Source of the DNA: an uncultured Candidatus Peribacteria bacterium
Lineage (GTDB): Bacteria > Patescibacteriota > Gracilibacteria > Absconditabacterales > Absconditicoccaceae
NCBI GenBank assembly: GCA_964563595.1
Contig: CAZLWR010000001.1
Coordinates: forward strand, 9,857 to 73,856
DNA length: 64,000 nt
Reading direction: 5' to 3'
Both the position numbers and the translations under genes were made by a program. Positions 47,501-59,627 of the stretch are shown here, piece by piece. Each line of letters opens with the position of its first letter. Position 1 is the stretch's first letter. The notes under the pieces were generated by a model. That model did no database searches and was not told the origin of the DNA. It worked only from the letters and a program-made list of their open reading frames with translations.

Positions 47501-50500
47501 TACAAGGTATACAGTGGCGGATGTTTTGGTATCTCAATACCATGATCAAGGAATCGGTATACTGGATAATGCTGCTAACTTGAGCGACGAAGATAAAAGC
47601 GTTCCTAGTATCCAACATAGTGAGGATAGTAAATATAATATTGGATTTGGTGACACCTTTAAACCGCTTACACAGTTTGCTCAAGGTAAATCAGTGGGTG
47701 AGTCTTCTGTCGCCTTTGCAAGTGAGTTTGTTCTCAATCTGTGAGATCCGACCTACCGTATTTATGAAAAAAATAAACTAGTAGATCATACAAATTATGA
47801 TGGCTGACTTGGTGTTACTGCTTTCGCTGATCCCGATAAAATTATCCAACAGGTTATGGACATAAATCGAGATAAGCAGGGCGATAGGGATTTATTGGTA
47901 GTATACGCAGACGGTTCGGTAAGGCTATTGATATCAAAAGGTAACAAACAATATGTTAAAGTATGAGACTTGGCATATATACAAGACGGCATCCAAAAAC
48001 TCTATGTAGGTGATGGTGATGGTGACGGTTATCAGGATCTCTTTGTGCATACGATGGCCAATCAGTTGAGATTCTATAAAAATTATGAGTGAGAAAGAAT
48101 TGATGTAGATGGTTATCCTATTTGTCTAGACATAGAGGGTGGGGATAAAAATCTAAATGGTGTCTGGCAATGGTTTCTTACAGATCCAAACAATGATAAA
48201 GTTACCGATATTGTTATAAATGATAAAAATAATCAGATCAAATTATTCTTGGGATGAGGATGATCTACTTTATTTAATTTATGATTTGGTTGAGGAAATT
48301 ATATATCCAAAGATAAGTATGCTTGCGACCCGGATTGGAAATCCAGACAGGAAGGTAAAATTGCTACTATCAAGTCATTCGCCCCAAAGCTTGATGGCAC
48401 GCAAATCACTGACGAATCTTTGGTGCATCGAAATGGTCTTAGCACGTCAGACACAGGAACTATTAATCCTAATGTGGATTCTGCAGATGACCTGGAAGAT
48501 CCTGATAGGATTAATGTCGACATACAATTGGGTAATTCTAAAAAACCAAAAGATGTTATAAATCTCGTGAAGAGTCAGCTTATGTCTACTTTTAATCCGC
48601 AAACATGGATTACGGAATATACAAATTCATTAGATAACACCATTACTCTTGATGCTGCCTATAAGCCAGTATATGAAACAATTCCTGGCGAGACCGTTTA
48701 CAAACAATTGCAGTCGTTACTTACCACCGATAAATTGGCTTCCTATAAAACCTTTACTGACTTAAATGGTGGTAAATTAGAAGATGGCGATATAGTGAAA
48801 ATAAATATTACTATCCAATGAAAGTGAGCAGCTAAGGCAACTTATATTGAGAAACTCTCTGGTCCGCGGGAAATTCCCGTCAGTGGTACCCAGCAGGTAT
48901 GATTTTTCCAAGGTAACTTGAATTCAGATTATACTTTCATTTTGCAGCCTTGACCGAGTTATGTGTTTATGATTGATAATATAAACGTATGAGCAACAAC
49001 AAACTTTGGTTACCATGTAGTATATAAATCACAACAAATAGTAACTATTCAGCATGGAGAGTGATTTACTGATGTCAATGGAGTAGGTGGATCTATTGGT
49101 AAAAACCTTATACCTCATGCTTATGCCCAATCGGATAATACGCCGCCTTGGCTTGAGATAACACCTTTGGACGGATGTGCCAAGTTTAAATGGAAGATTA
49201 CTACTCCCAATATATGACCCATTTTATCAAATTGGTTTGTAGAACAAAAGATTGACCTAGAACAACAGATAAAAGATAAACAGAAACAAGACGAAGAGAA
49301 ATATACCGAAGGCATGAGTGATACGTTTTCTGATCTGGTAAGTGATACAAAGGATGAAATAAATAGTGAGCTAAAAGATACGTATCTGAGAGAATCCCGG
49401 AGACAAAAAGGTTTATTGAAAGACGACCCCGCACTCAAAGCTATTGAACAATTTGCTTATACTACTGAAGCACTCAGCAATCTCAGTATCAATAATAATC
49501 TGAAAATAGGAGGTTTTGGTGCGGATATTGATCAGTTGTTGGATAATAAAATTGGTGAGCTTACAAAGGGACTTTGTGAAGGATTTAAAGTTGGGCAAAA
49601 AAACTGTTCAGGTATACCTATTTTGAGTAGTCTTCCGCGAAATATGGCTTTCTTGTCGCCTGGAGATATGCAGGTTATGGGATGTAAAATTTGGAAAGAT
49701 AAGGGTATACCATTGTTGCGGTTCCCCGCAACCTTACAAACCCCAGTCGGTCCGGTGCCTTTCATAGGACCTATTGGCCAAAAATGACCGGGAGATGGAT
49801 TCTATCGATTTGGTGGATGAACTTATACGTCTTTGATCAGAATGTATGTCTCACCCACTTTAACAGCAAAGCTGGGAATTGGTATCTGTTTCGGTCCTTA
49901 TACAGCCGGTATTAAATTACCAAAACCCTTTAAGGATATTATGGGCAATTGTATCGTATTTGCAGTAGATCCAGGACTTGGTAAATGTGAGCAGGTGAAT
50001 GAATGATGACCAAGTGACTATAGTTCTTATGTTATCAATAAGGAAACAAAAGAACTAGATGATACCAATACTTGTAATGATGACATCACTGTTAAGAATT
50101 CTCCACTGAAGTTAGTAGAGACCTCAGTAAATACTGCTGATAACTGGCTTGATTCTGTTCAATGAGAGCATGGGTTGGTAATAAAACTTGGATGACACGC
50201 CAACCTCACCAACTACAATAGTATTGCTCTCAGCGATTTTGTTACTAAGGTAAGACTTGAGGGTGGCAATCCTTTAGATTTACAGATAAAGGGAGCAAAT
50301 GATAAAGGTTTAGTGAGCTGTCTTATCAATCAGTTCGCTGATAACCAGATTAGATATATCATCAATAATCTGACTAGTATGGATATCAATATTGTCTTAC
50401 CGGATTTGAGAGGCTTGGGAAGACAAATAGTTGGAGTAGCAAATGTATTCAATAACAATGCTTGGCAAGAAAAGCAAAGCAACGAAGCGTTTTCTGATTA

Positions 50501-53500
50501 TGCTTCTCAATATGAAAAAACTCTCAAACATAATACTGGTAGTCTCAAACAATTTGTAACAGCATGACAGAGTAAACAAAAACTTACCAAAAGACTCAAT
50601 ACGGTTCTATCAAATCCTTTTGAGAAATTAGCATTATTTTTCGCTGATAGTGAATTAGTAAGGATCAGTAGTAGAGATGTGTTGGTAGAAATACCTTGGA
50701 TATATACGGAGGACATAGTTACTCTCAGATGAGTATATAGAGCTTGGCGAGAGAGAAATCAGCCGGTCCTCAAAGAACGACAGGACTTTGCTATTGATTT
50801 TGTGAAACAATGTGAGGCGAAAACGGACGATTTCGAGAGACAAAATTGTATGATAAGAGCCAACAAAATTATACAACTCAATAATCAACTAGGCCAATTT
50901 GAAAAATCTATCAGAAGGAATCTTCAGGTATTGGATGAATATGGTGAATTTCCAAGTAAGGTATATGACCTATTGCATGGTTATGACACTTATATTTATG
51001 ATCTATTTAATTTTGCTTATGGTACTATTGATGCAGTAACGAGCTGGCTATCGAAGCTTGCAAGAGGATTTGAGGCTTGGGTAGACTTTATTGTATCCTT
51101 GATAGGTATTCTTAAAACCCGGCAGGTATTGATTGATTTTTCAGTCAACTGGAAAGAGAAATGCAGCAAATGTACGGTAGATAATTATTCGGCTTATAGT
51201 TGCTCCTTTAGTAAGTTTTGTCCCAAATTACCGGTATTTAATATACCTCCATTCAAAATACCAGATATTACAATTGATCTGAGCAATATAGATTTACGTA
51301 CTGATATTGTATTACCGAAGTTTAGGTTCCAGCCTAAAAGAATCTGATTATTTGATAATATTAAACAATTTGGTTTGCCTGATGTGCCGTATCCTACGCA
51401 AATTGGATGGCTAGATAACGAAATCAACCTTAAGCTACCTTCTATCCCGCTGATACCATCACCGCCAGATTTGGATGCAATTAGCTTACCAAGCTTTATT
51501 CCTCAAATCAAATTCAAAGGTCCTACACTGCCACCAGCACCGAAGATTCCTAAGATAGCCCCAGAACTTGGCTTAGCAATTGATATCGCTGATTTCATTG
51601 GAAGAATATATTGTTTGGTAAAGTGAGGTATTGGATTGGTCGGAGAAGCAGGGCTCAAGTCAAGGATTGAACAAATGACTCAAAGAACTTGGGCAGTAGA
51701 ACCATTCGATAGTCTCAAGTTACTTATACCAAATGCTCCTTTGCAAACTCTCAATCTCTTCAAACCCCAAAGGGACGAGGGAGGCAGTTTAGATTTCAAA
51801 CTGGAAGCCTTTGCGGATGTTAAAATGTACTTTGATGGAGTGTATGGATTATTTGATGGAATAGCCGAAAGTATCAATACTCAAACAAGGAAGGTGCAAA
51901 GAACGAGTACTGAGGTACCTGCTTTACAGACAGTAGGTGAATTTATAGACAAGGCTAGTTCAACATTCATTGATGCTACTGATAAAGCAACAAACGAGAG
52001 TATTCAGACCAATATTAATATTAACCCTTTTGGTTACGTAGAAACATCAGATTATCATTCAATCAATAGTAAGATCAAATGAGATCTTGCTTATTTCACT
52101 GAAAAAGATGATCAGCCATTTGCACAGGGAAGAAAATTGCTTGCTGCTGATATTGTTAGATCCTATGATTTAGATACCACTGTGAGAATAAATACAAAAG
52201 GTATGGATGAAATAAAAACTCAAGTTAGTGAGGTATTAAATCAAGAGTTGAAAGAAAATAGTGAAGTGAAGAATTGGATACAACAGGATTGGGACGGTTG
52301 GCTTGATCACATCATAAGTACACAGTATGTAAGCGACGATAAAACACTGTATTCCTTAAAAACAAACCTTCTGGATATAGATCAACAGACTTTGGACTAT
52401 GTTGGTAATTACGATATCGCTAAAGAGTATGTTGCTACCGAAAAAACAGTGATAGATGGGTATGTCAACGGTCTTGCAAATTCGGATTATGAAACTTTAG
52501 GTATGCAAAAATCAGATTATGATAGATCAGCAGAATATTTGAATACTCTGAAACAGAACGTTGATCTGGCACGAAACAATGTAAATGCTCCCAAACAAGA
52601 AATTGATTCACAAATGCCAGCGAATGTGGATGTTAATTGATGAGAATGAAAGCAACAAATCAATTGTACCTTGTGTAATAAAGAACCTGGTGATCCTGTG
52701 CTACTTTCTCAACAAGGCGGTAACACTAATTCACCTACGAGCAATACCTTTGCACTTGGAGGAGTAGATGATCCAACTAGATATCTCAATGGATACTTTG
52801 TGAAAGGAGATGACGATAATTACCACAATGTTATTACCAATATGGATAAGTGAGAACAACTTAGTAAGAAGAGTTTCGAGAAGGATATTACCAATGATGG
52901 GTTGCATGAAGTTGTCTTGCGGGATGAACACAATGTGTATATCAAATATGCAGATAAAATTTCAAATACTTCTAACCCAAAACAAGGGAAGCATGTTGCA
53001 AACGTTGTTACTATCGTAATAGATTCTGTTGCTGATATGGAGAGCCAAGTAGATGCTTACGGCTATTATGGCAGTCGAGCTGGTAAGACAAAAATTCGAT
53101 CTCAGGAGCGGATGCCTAAGGAATGGGAAGTAGCATGACAAGCTTATCAGTCTATGACTTATACGGTTTCCAATGAAATTGAGTCTGCGGGTGACGGCGT
53201 AGTGGGATATGCAGTGAGATATACTGATACTATTACGAAGACGCTTAGTAAAGATGCCGATTATGATTATATGATTATTTTGGATACCGCATTGCAGGGC
53301 AAACCACTTAGCGATATTGATATTGATGGCGTCCATTTGCAAGCCGATGAGGTGCAGATTATATATGTTGATCCGGGTCAGCAAAGTATCAGTGCTGTTT
53401 TGAGCAATTTACCTAGGAGATGGTACTATAGTCAGATCACTAAGTTATCGAGTAAACAACAGGTAAGTAAATTATTCGGATTTATTCCTTTCGGATCAAA

Positions 53501-54569
53501 AGATACTCTGACAAGAATTTATAAATCCTCTCCGCGATCCAATAATGAAACTGCGGGCATGCAGATCATTGCTGATACGAGTGCTCCTTACGCTGATGTG
53601 AAATTGGTTCGTACTCAAAAACCACTTGTTGTTGCTCAAGGAGATAGTATGTTTGGCACGATAAAAACGTATTACACGCTTAGCGGTAGTTGGTATGATG
53701 ACAGTAAGGTAATTAAAAATCGAGTATACAGCGGTAACGTACTTATTGCATCCGGTGATCATGATCTTATATTCGTATCTGGCATCTATTCTGATAAGCC
53801 AGTTAAACTTACTTACCAATTGGTGGGACAGGATAGTGCTGGTAACATAGGGCAGAAAACCGTAGAAGTAAATCTATGATTGCCAAAGATTACCGTCGAT
53901 AATGTTGATACAAATACTATATGACAATCTGATGTACTCTCGAGTTTGAACACTGATATAGATAAGTGAACTGTGCAATTTGTGAGGGTGAGAAATGGAG
54001 TAGAATCTGTTTTGGAATCCGTATTTGGTAAGAAGAAATTATTTGATACCATCACAGATCAATTAGTAGTTACTTGAGGTAAATTTGGGTTTAAACAAGA
54101 TATAGGCTTTTACGATGCAGATGGTAAGTATCTCAATGTAAGCCTAACTCCTGCTGGTCAGATAGTAAATACTAATCCTGCAATAAAAGTTACTGTGGAT
54201 TTCGTGGATAATGTTCCTAAGATTGTATTATCAAAAGATAATCAGGAATTATATCGTATCTACCTTAAACCAAAAGCATTTGATAGCGCTAAAGGTATCA
54301 CTATTTTAAATGGGGCATACGACACGTTGAGAATGCCAGTAAGTACGCCTGCGCTTGGTCAGTTTGCCGGTGGTGTATGTATCAAACCAAAGAACGGTGT
54401 ATGTGAGATTATGATTGCTCCGTCAGGCTATATATTTATTTCTAAACCATATCATAGATTATATAGAGGATACTATAAGTTTGAATCTGGGAAAGTAGTC
54501 TATGGCATACAAAAAGGTAAAGAAACGGTAGCTGAAGTAAGAGTAGAAGTAGAACCAGTCAAAAACTAA
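41580..54569 (+). CDS. giant signal-anchored surface protein (4,329 aa), putative adhesin / host-interaction protein
   Basis: All 20-plus standard-code fragments between 42093 and 54569 are in frame 0. I read every inter-fragment gap and found only TGA, never TAA/TAG. The start is ATG 41580 (an upstream in-frame TAA lies at 41469) and the N-terminus is MFQ-W-SKKKIILFIVLIVFSVDTVLSG. It ends at TAA 54567..54569. Confidence 0.85.
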
Positions 54570-54601
54570 ATCGATAATTTTAAAGCGGAGTTACTTATAC
54601 T

Positions 54602-55465
54602 ATGATAGTACTTTATTCTAAAGATATTATTGCTCAAAAAAAACTCTTTCTACAAGAGCATTTTGCTACTCAACAATATAAAAGTAAGTACCTAGCTATA
54701 TTGTATTTCGGTCATGACCCTGTTATATCCGTATACGTAAGGAACAAAATCAAATTTGGATATGATGTTGGATTGGAAGCTAGGTTGTTTGGGCAGGAAA
54801 AGTATTATACGCTTGAAGATGCATATGAGTGCATAGAGTCTTTAAATAAGGATAAACACTGCGTAGGAATCATTATCCAATTGCCTCTTCCTTCTTATCT
54901 GCAAGATTATCAACAGTCTTTGTGTAATGCTATTGCTATTGGAAAAGATGTAGATGCTATGACTAGTGCTATGATGGGTAAGATAGCAATGGGTTCCCCA
55001 GATGCAATATATCCTGCGGCGGTATGAGCCAGTATACAATTATTAGATTTTTATAATCTGAATGCCATAAGGGGTAAGCAGATAAGTATTATCGGGCAGA
55101 GTAATTTGGTAGGGAAACCATTTGCTTTGTATTGCATTAATCAGTGAGCCCAGGTTCATAGTTTTGGTGTAGACGGTGATCCTGAAGTTATGAAAGAAGT
55201 TTGTAGAAATTCAGATTATATTATATCAGCAACCGGAGTTATTGAATTGGTTACTAAAGAGTATGTAAGAAACGATAAAACCCAGATTATCATCGATATT
55301 GGTTATGGTATCAAAGATGGTAAAGCTTTTGGTGACGTTGCATTTGAACAGGTACAAAACTTGGTCCATGCTATTACACCCGTACCTGGTGGGATATGAC
55401 CTATGTGTGTATGTCAGTTGTTTGAGAACATACTATTACTTACAAAGGATCTTTCTGAGAGATAA
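54602..55465 (+). CDS. folD: bifunctional methylenetetrahydrofolate dehydrogenase/cyclohydrolase
   Basis: Motifs seen: YVRNKIKFGYDVG, GIIIQLPLP, IIGQSNLVGKP, and ITPVPGGI-G-PM. Confidence 0.88.
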
Positions 55466-56564
55466 GAAGTCTATTTTGAATAGCAAGTATCTTTTGTGCT
55501 AATAGTTCTGGTTTTTCCTCATGAGGATTGTGCCCTAGATCTGCTATAACTTCAAATCATCCCTGGGCAATATGCTCACAAATTTCTTCAATCCTTTCTC
55601 GTTTAAAGCGCTTATCTTTTTCTCCGTGCAATACATATACAGGTGTATCTATAGATGTTAGTATATCCTCGATCCAGTTCATATCTTCTCTGAAAAGATT
55701 AATCGCAGTGTAATAAAATGCTCTGAGGAAGTCGGGATTCGATGCTTGCTGGAGATAATCGGGAAAGAAATAGTTCATATTAGGGTTGTGTTTATCCGCA
55801 TAGAGTACATTAAGTCTCTTTTTGATGAAATAATGCAGTAAGAACTTCCCGAGTTTATCAAGTTTCTTTTGCCCAATAAGATTTTTGGAAATGCGGAAAA
55901 ATTGCTGTGTCTGTTTTGTTTTTTTGGCTGTATATTTATCAATACGACTGAGTACGTCGTATATTGGTAGAGATGGTCTGTAATACGCTGGATTGAGGCA
56001 GATAACGCTTGATACATAGCGTTTAACATCCTCATCATGTGCAACTGCCGTTGCAATAGTACCTCCTATAGAATGTCCAAGAAGGGTAAAGCTATCTAGA
56101 TCCTTGGCATCAACAAGTCTCAGTACTTTCATTCTTGCGTGCTGAATAATTTTTTCCGAAGTTCGTTGGTCTATGTCTCCATGGAGTGATTCTAGAGAAT
56201 CAAGACGATTGCCATGTCCTTTCAATGATAACGTGTAGAAAATTGCTAGATGTCAGGTGGACCATAGGCTTTGTTTGAGCAGATCAAAACTTTTTTCTGA
56301 ACCACCAAATCAATGCAAGCATATGTAGATAGGTGCATTATGAGCCTGAGTAATGACTACCGGATTGGTAGATTGATGAAGAGTTTTAATGATGGACTCT
56401 TGTTGTCATCATTGGAAACTTGAAAGCGTGCTATAACTTATGGTATATATTTTTTTGGAGTCTGTTTGATCATCAAGAATCATGTGAAGTGCACTACTGT
56501 CATTTAATAGTGCTGAGTCCAGTGGATCTCCTGAATAATCTGATTTAGTGACTTGTGTTATCAT
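55440..56564 (-). CDS. alpha/beta-fold hydrolase
   Basis: Oxyanion motif ICLH-G-FGGS, nucleophile elbow LLGHSIGG, and a C-terminal ..DLGHNPHEE (His). Its 3' end overlaps folD by 26 nt. Confidence 0.75.
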
Positions 56565-56661
56565 GGTATAAAGCGGTTTTGTCTAATACGATAACTCGTA
56601 TGAAAAAATTATACAATATTTGACAAATAGCAAGGGTAACTTATGATAATTTATATTTTTA

Positions 56662-58089
56662 TTATTGTATTGTTTCCCAGTGTACTCTTGTTTGCTCCAT
56701 GGTGTCTCTATTTCTGATTGTTACGGTACCGTCTTCGAGTGATTGATGATCAATACAGACACAATACGGCGTACCGACTTCATCTTGTCTACGGTATCTT
56801 TTACCAATATTCCCACCGGCATCATATTCACATTTGTAAGTCTTTTTCAGTTTATCATATATTTTTCTACCTAATTCTACCATGTTTTCATCTTTTTCTA
56901 TCAAAGGTAGTATAGCGTATTTGATTGGTGCAATCTCGAAAGGAAACCTGACTACTACTCTTGTTTTATCATCACTGCCTTCTCCCTGCGAAGCAATGGT
57001 TTCTTCATCGTAAAACTCTAGCATACTTGCCATCATACAACGACCTACTCCCATAGATGTTTCTACGCACCATGGTATATATCTCTGACCTGTTTTTGGG
57101 TCAGTATATTGCATACTTGTTTTTGAATATTCTTGATGTTGCTTAAGATCAAAATCAGTACGATTGTGAATGCCTTGCACTTCTCCAAATCACCATGGGA
57201 AGGCAAACTCGATATCCGTAGCTGCTGCTGCATAGTGAGCGAGTTTATCGTGATCTTTATATCTTAAATGTTCTGGAGATATACCAATAACCTGAGTCCA
57301 AAAATCCATACTTACCTTTTTCCGCTCATCAAATACCTTCATAGCGTTATCGGGATCGGCTGGTACAAAGTATTCAATTTCCATTTGTTCGAATTCTCTT
57401 GTTCTAAACAAAAATTGACCAGGAGTAATTTCATTGCGGAATGCTTTACCTATTTGAGCCAGACCAAAAGGTATCCTATTCCTCGTAGTGTCGCATACAT
57501 TTCTAAAATCAGTAAATAAACTCTGGCAAGTTTCTGGTCTCATATATACTTTGTTTGATTCGTCTGCTACGGGTCCAAGGGTAGTATTAAGCATAAGATT
57601 GAAATTTCTGCATTCTGTCCATTCTGGCTTTTCTTTTAGTCCCTTTGGTCGTATTTCTTCTTCAACAATAAATCTTCTCATGTTTTCATTTCCTCGGGAT
57701 TCCGGAGATCAGTTGAAAAATTCATATTCGCTTGGATGCTTTTTATATGAGTCCTTTTGTCTGCCTTCGATATACTCTTCGATAAGTTTATCTGCTCTAA
57801 ATCTTTGTCCGGTTTTTTTGTCGTCAATAAGTGCATCACTAAATCATCCTACATGACCGCTTGCGATCCAGGTGGTAGGGTGGGCGATTATAGCAGTATC
57901 CATCAAGATAACATCATCACGCTCTTGCGTATAATATTTTACCCAAAGATCAGTAATATTTTTTCTCAACAATGCTCCATATGGTCCATAATCCCATGCA
58001 TTTGCTAATCAACCATATATTTCACTATTGGGATATACAAAACCCTTTCTCTTGGCTCGTGATACGATTGTTTCTAGTGGGAAAGACAT
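56662..58089 (-). CDS. glyQS: glycyl-tRNA synthetase (homodimeric class II, GlyQS type)
   Basis: Motifs seen: [88 protein letters not shown], and RYIPWCVETSMGVGR. Confidence 0.92.
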
Positions 58090-58188
58090 GTGTAATGAGG
58101 CATTTACTGGATTAAAAAATGTCACTCTATGGTTGATAGAGGACGGTATTTGTAATGAATTAATGATCCAATGCAAACAAATCCTTGT

Positions 58189-58626
58189 TTATCCATCGAA
58201 TTTTGCTTTTCTGTTGGCGAGCGTTTCGCCTCTTTTGCGTTTGTTGTTTAATCTTTTTTCTTTTTCTTTTTTTGGTATCTTGGTTTCTTTTCTTTCTTTG
58301 GGTTCTATGAGACATAGTTCGATCATCTGTTTGAGTTTGCGAACGGCAGTGGCGAGATTGGTGATTTTACTTCTTGTTTCTTGGCATACGATAGTCAGTT
58401 TCCCTTCTGCATCAATTTTATTACGATACTTTTCTTGTATTCTTTGTTTAACTCCCTCAGGGAGTTTCGTATTGCTCAGATTCCAATAGAGTTGTACTCT
58501 GGACTCTGTTTTGTTGACATGTTGTCAGCCCGGTCAAGAACTCCTCGAATACTGCGTTTCCACTTCTTCTCTTACGATGCTATCAAGCACTGCTTGATCA
58601 AGTACTGGGTATTTTGTTTTGCTCAT
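58189..58626 (-). CDS. arfB: alternative ribosome-rescue factor ArfB (peptidyl-tRNA hydrolase, GGQ domain + basic tail)
   Basis: RSS-G-PG-G-QHVNKTESRV has the second Gly of GGQ encoded by TGA (58525..58527). The C-terminal tail is Lys/Arg-rich. Confidence 0.85.
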
Positions 58627-58747
58627 ACACGAAGTATAGCGGATATTGTGTTTTTTTCAAGTTTTCTGGTGATTTTGTGCATATGTATCCCAATAGATAT
58701 TGTATCCTGCTGGAAAATCTGTAGTATCAGATTATATTTATTTTTTT

Positions 58748-59209
58748 ATGGGTGATCCGCTTATGCTTCAAGAGGATTTGTATTTTCATGGCGTGAAGGC
58801 CCTGATTACAAACAACGATAGAAAGATTTTATTGTTGCAAGTAAATACGATCAGTCTTCGCAATCGAAGTGGTGATCCTTATTGGGATATGCCTTGAGGA
58901 AGAGTTTGCCGTGGAATGAGTATTGAAGATACCTTGCAAAGAGAAGTGAACGAAGAAATGTGAGCACATGATATCACTATAGAACATTACATAGGTACTG
59001 CTTTGTCACCTATCAGGATACCCTATGGAGATACTGATTATGGTTTATTTTTATCGGTATACGATTGTTCTATCTCCGACTGAGATGTTGTGTTGAGTGA
59101 TGAACATCAGGCTTTTGAACGGTTTGACATAGAAGATGCATTACACTTATTATCAGTAAAGTATCCATCCTCATTTTTGGATTTGTTAAGGTGATATTTT
59201 CAGAAATAA
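58748..59209 (+). CDS. Nudix-family hydrolase with a degenerate Nudix box
   Basis: WDMP-G-GRVCRGMSIEDTLQREVNEEM-G-A has REVNEEMG intact, but Met replaces the first box Glu. The C-terminal DEHQAFE-W-FD has Trp=CGG (59120..59122). Confidence 0.75.
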
Positions 59210-59245
59210 CATATTTTTATTTATTTACTGTCTATTATTTGTCTC

Positions 59246-59608
59246 ATGAGACATATGCTTGTACTATTCTGATTATTAATGATTTTTGTAAATCCATCGT
59301 TTGCTCTTACGGTAGAGGTGCCTTGAGATGCTCCGACCCTCAAAGATACCAATGTGCCGAGCTCGCTCATACAGGGTAACTCTGACAGCATTATTACTTT
59401 AGTACAGCAGATCAATGATTATTTGTGGTTTACTATCGCTGCAATTTGTCTTGCTGTAGCTATTTATGCTGGTATTAAGTTGTTGCTGGCACAGTGAGAA
59501 AAAGCAAAAATGCAAAAAGCAAATGAAACGTTAGTTGGTGCCTTGGTAGGCGTATTCATTGCTGTATTCGCTTACGTTCTGGTAAGAATAATAGTTAATC
59601 TTTTTTAA
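59246..59608 (+). CDS. TrbC/VirB2-like T4SS-pilin family protein (common CPR small surface protein)
   Basis: It has a signal peptide (MRHMLVLF-G-LLMIFVNPSFA) and two TM helices flanking the AGIKLLLAQ-G-EKAKMQKANETL loop. Confidence 0.7.
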
Positions 59609-59627
59609 GATTTTACTTGTAAATAGA

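Noticed and set aside
47280-47684. Long antisense ORFs lie opposite real genes (for example 47280..47684, 52962..53384, 53496..53819, 34757..35101, 22355..22723, 13732..13989, 14758..15015, 1508..1810).
   Set aside because: Each lies opposite a gene with strong motif support or the continuous giant ORF. Their products are low-complexity or Ile/Leu/Ser-rich, as is typical of antisense frames in AT-rich DNA.
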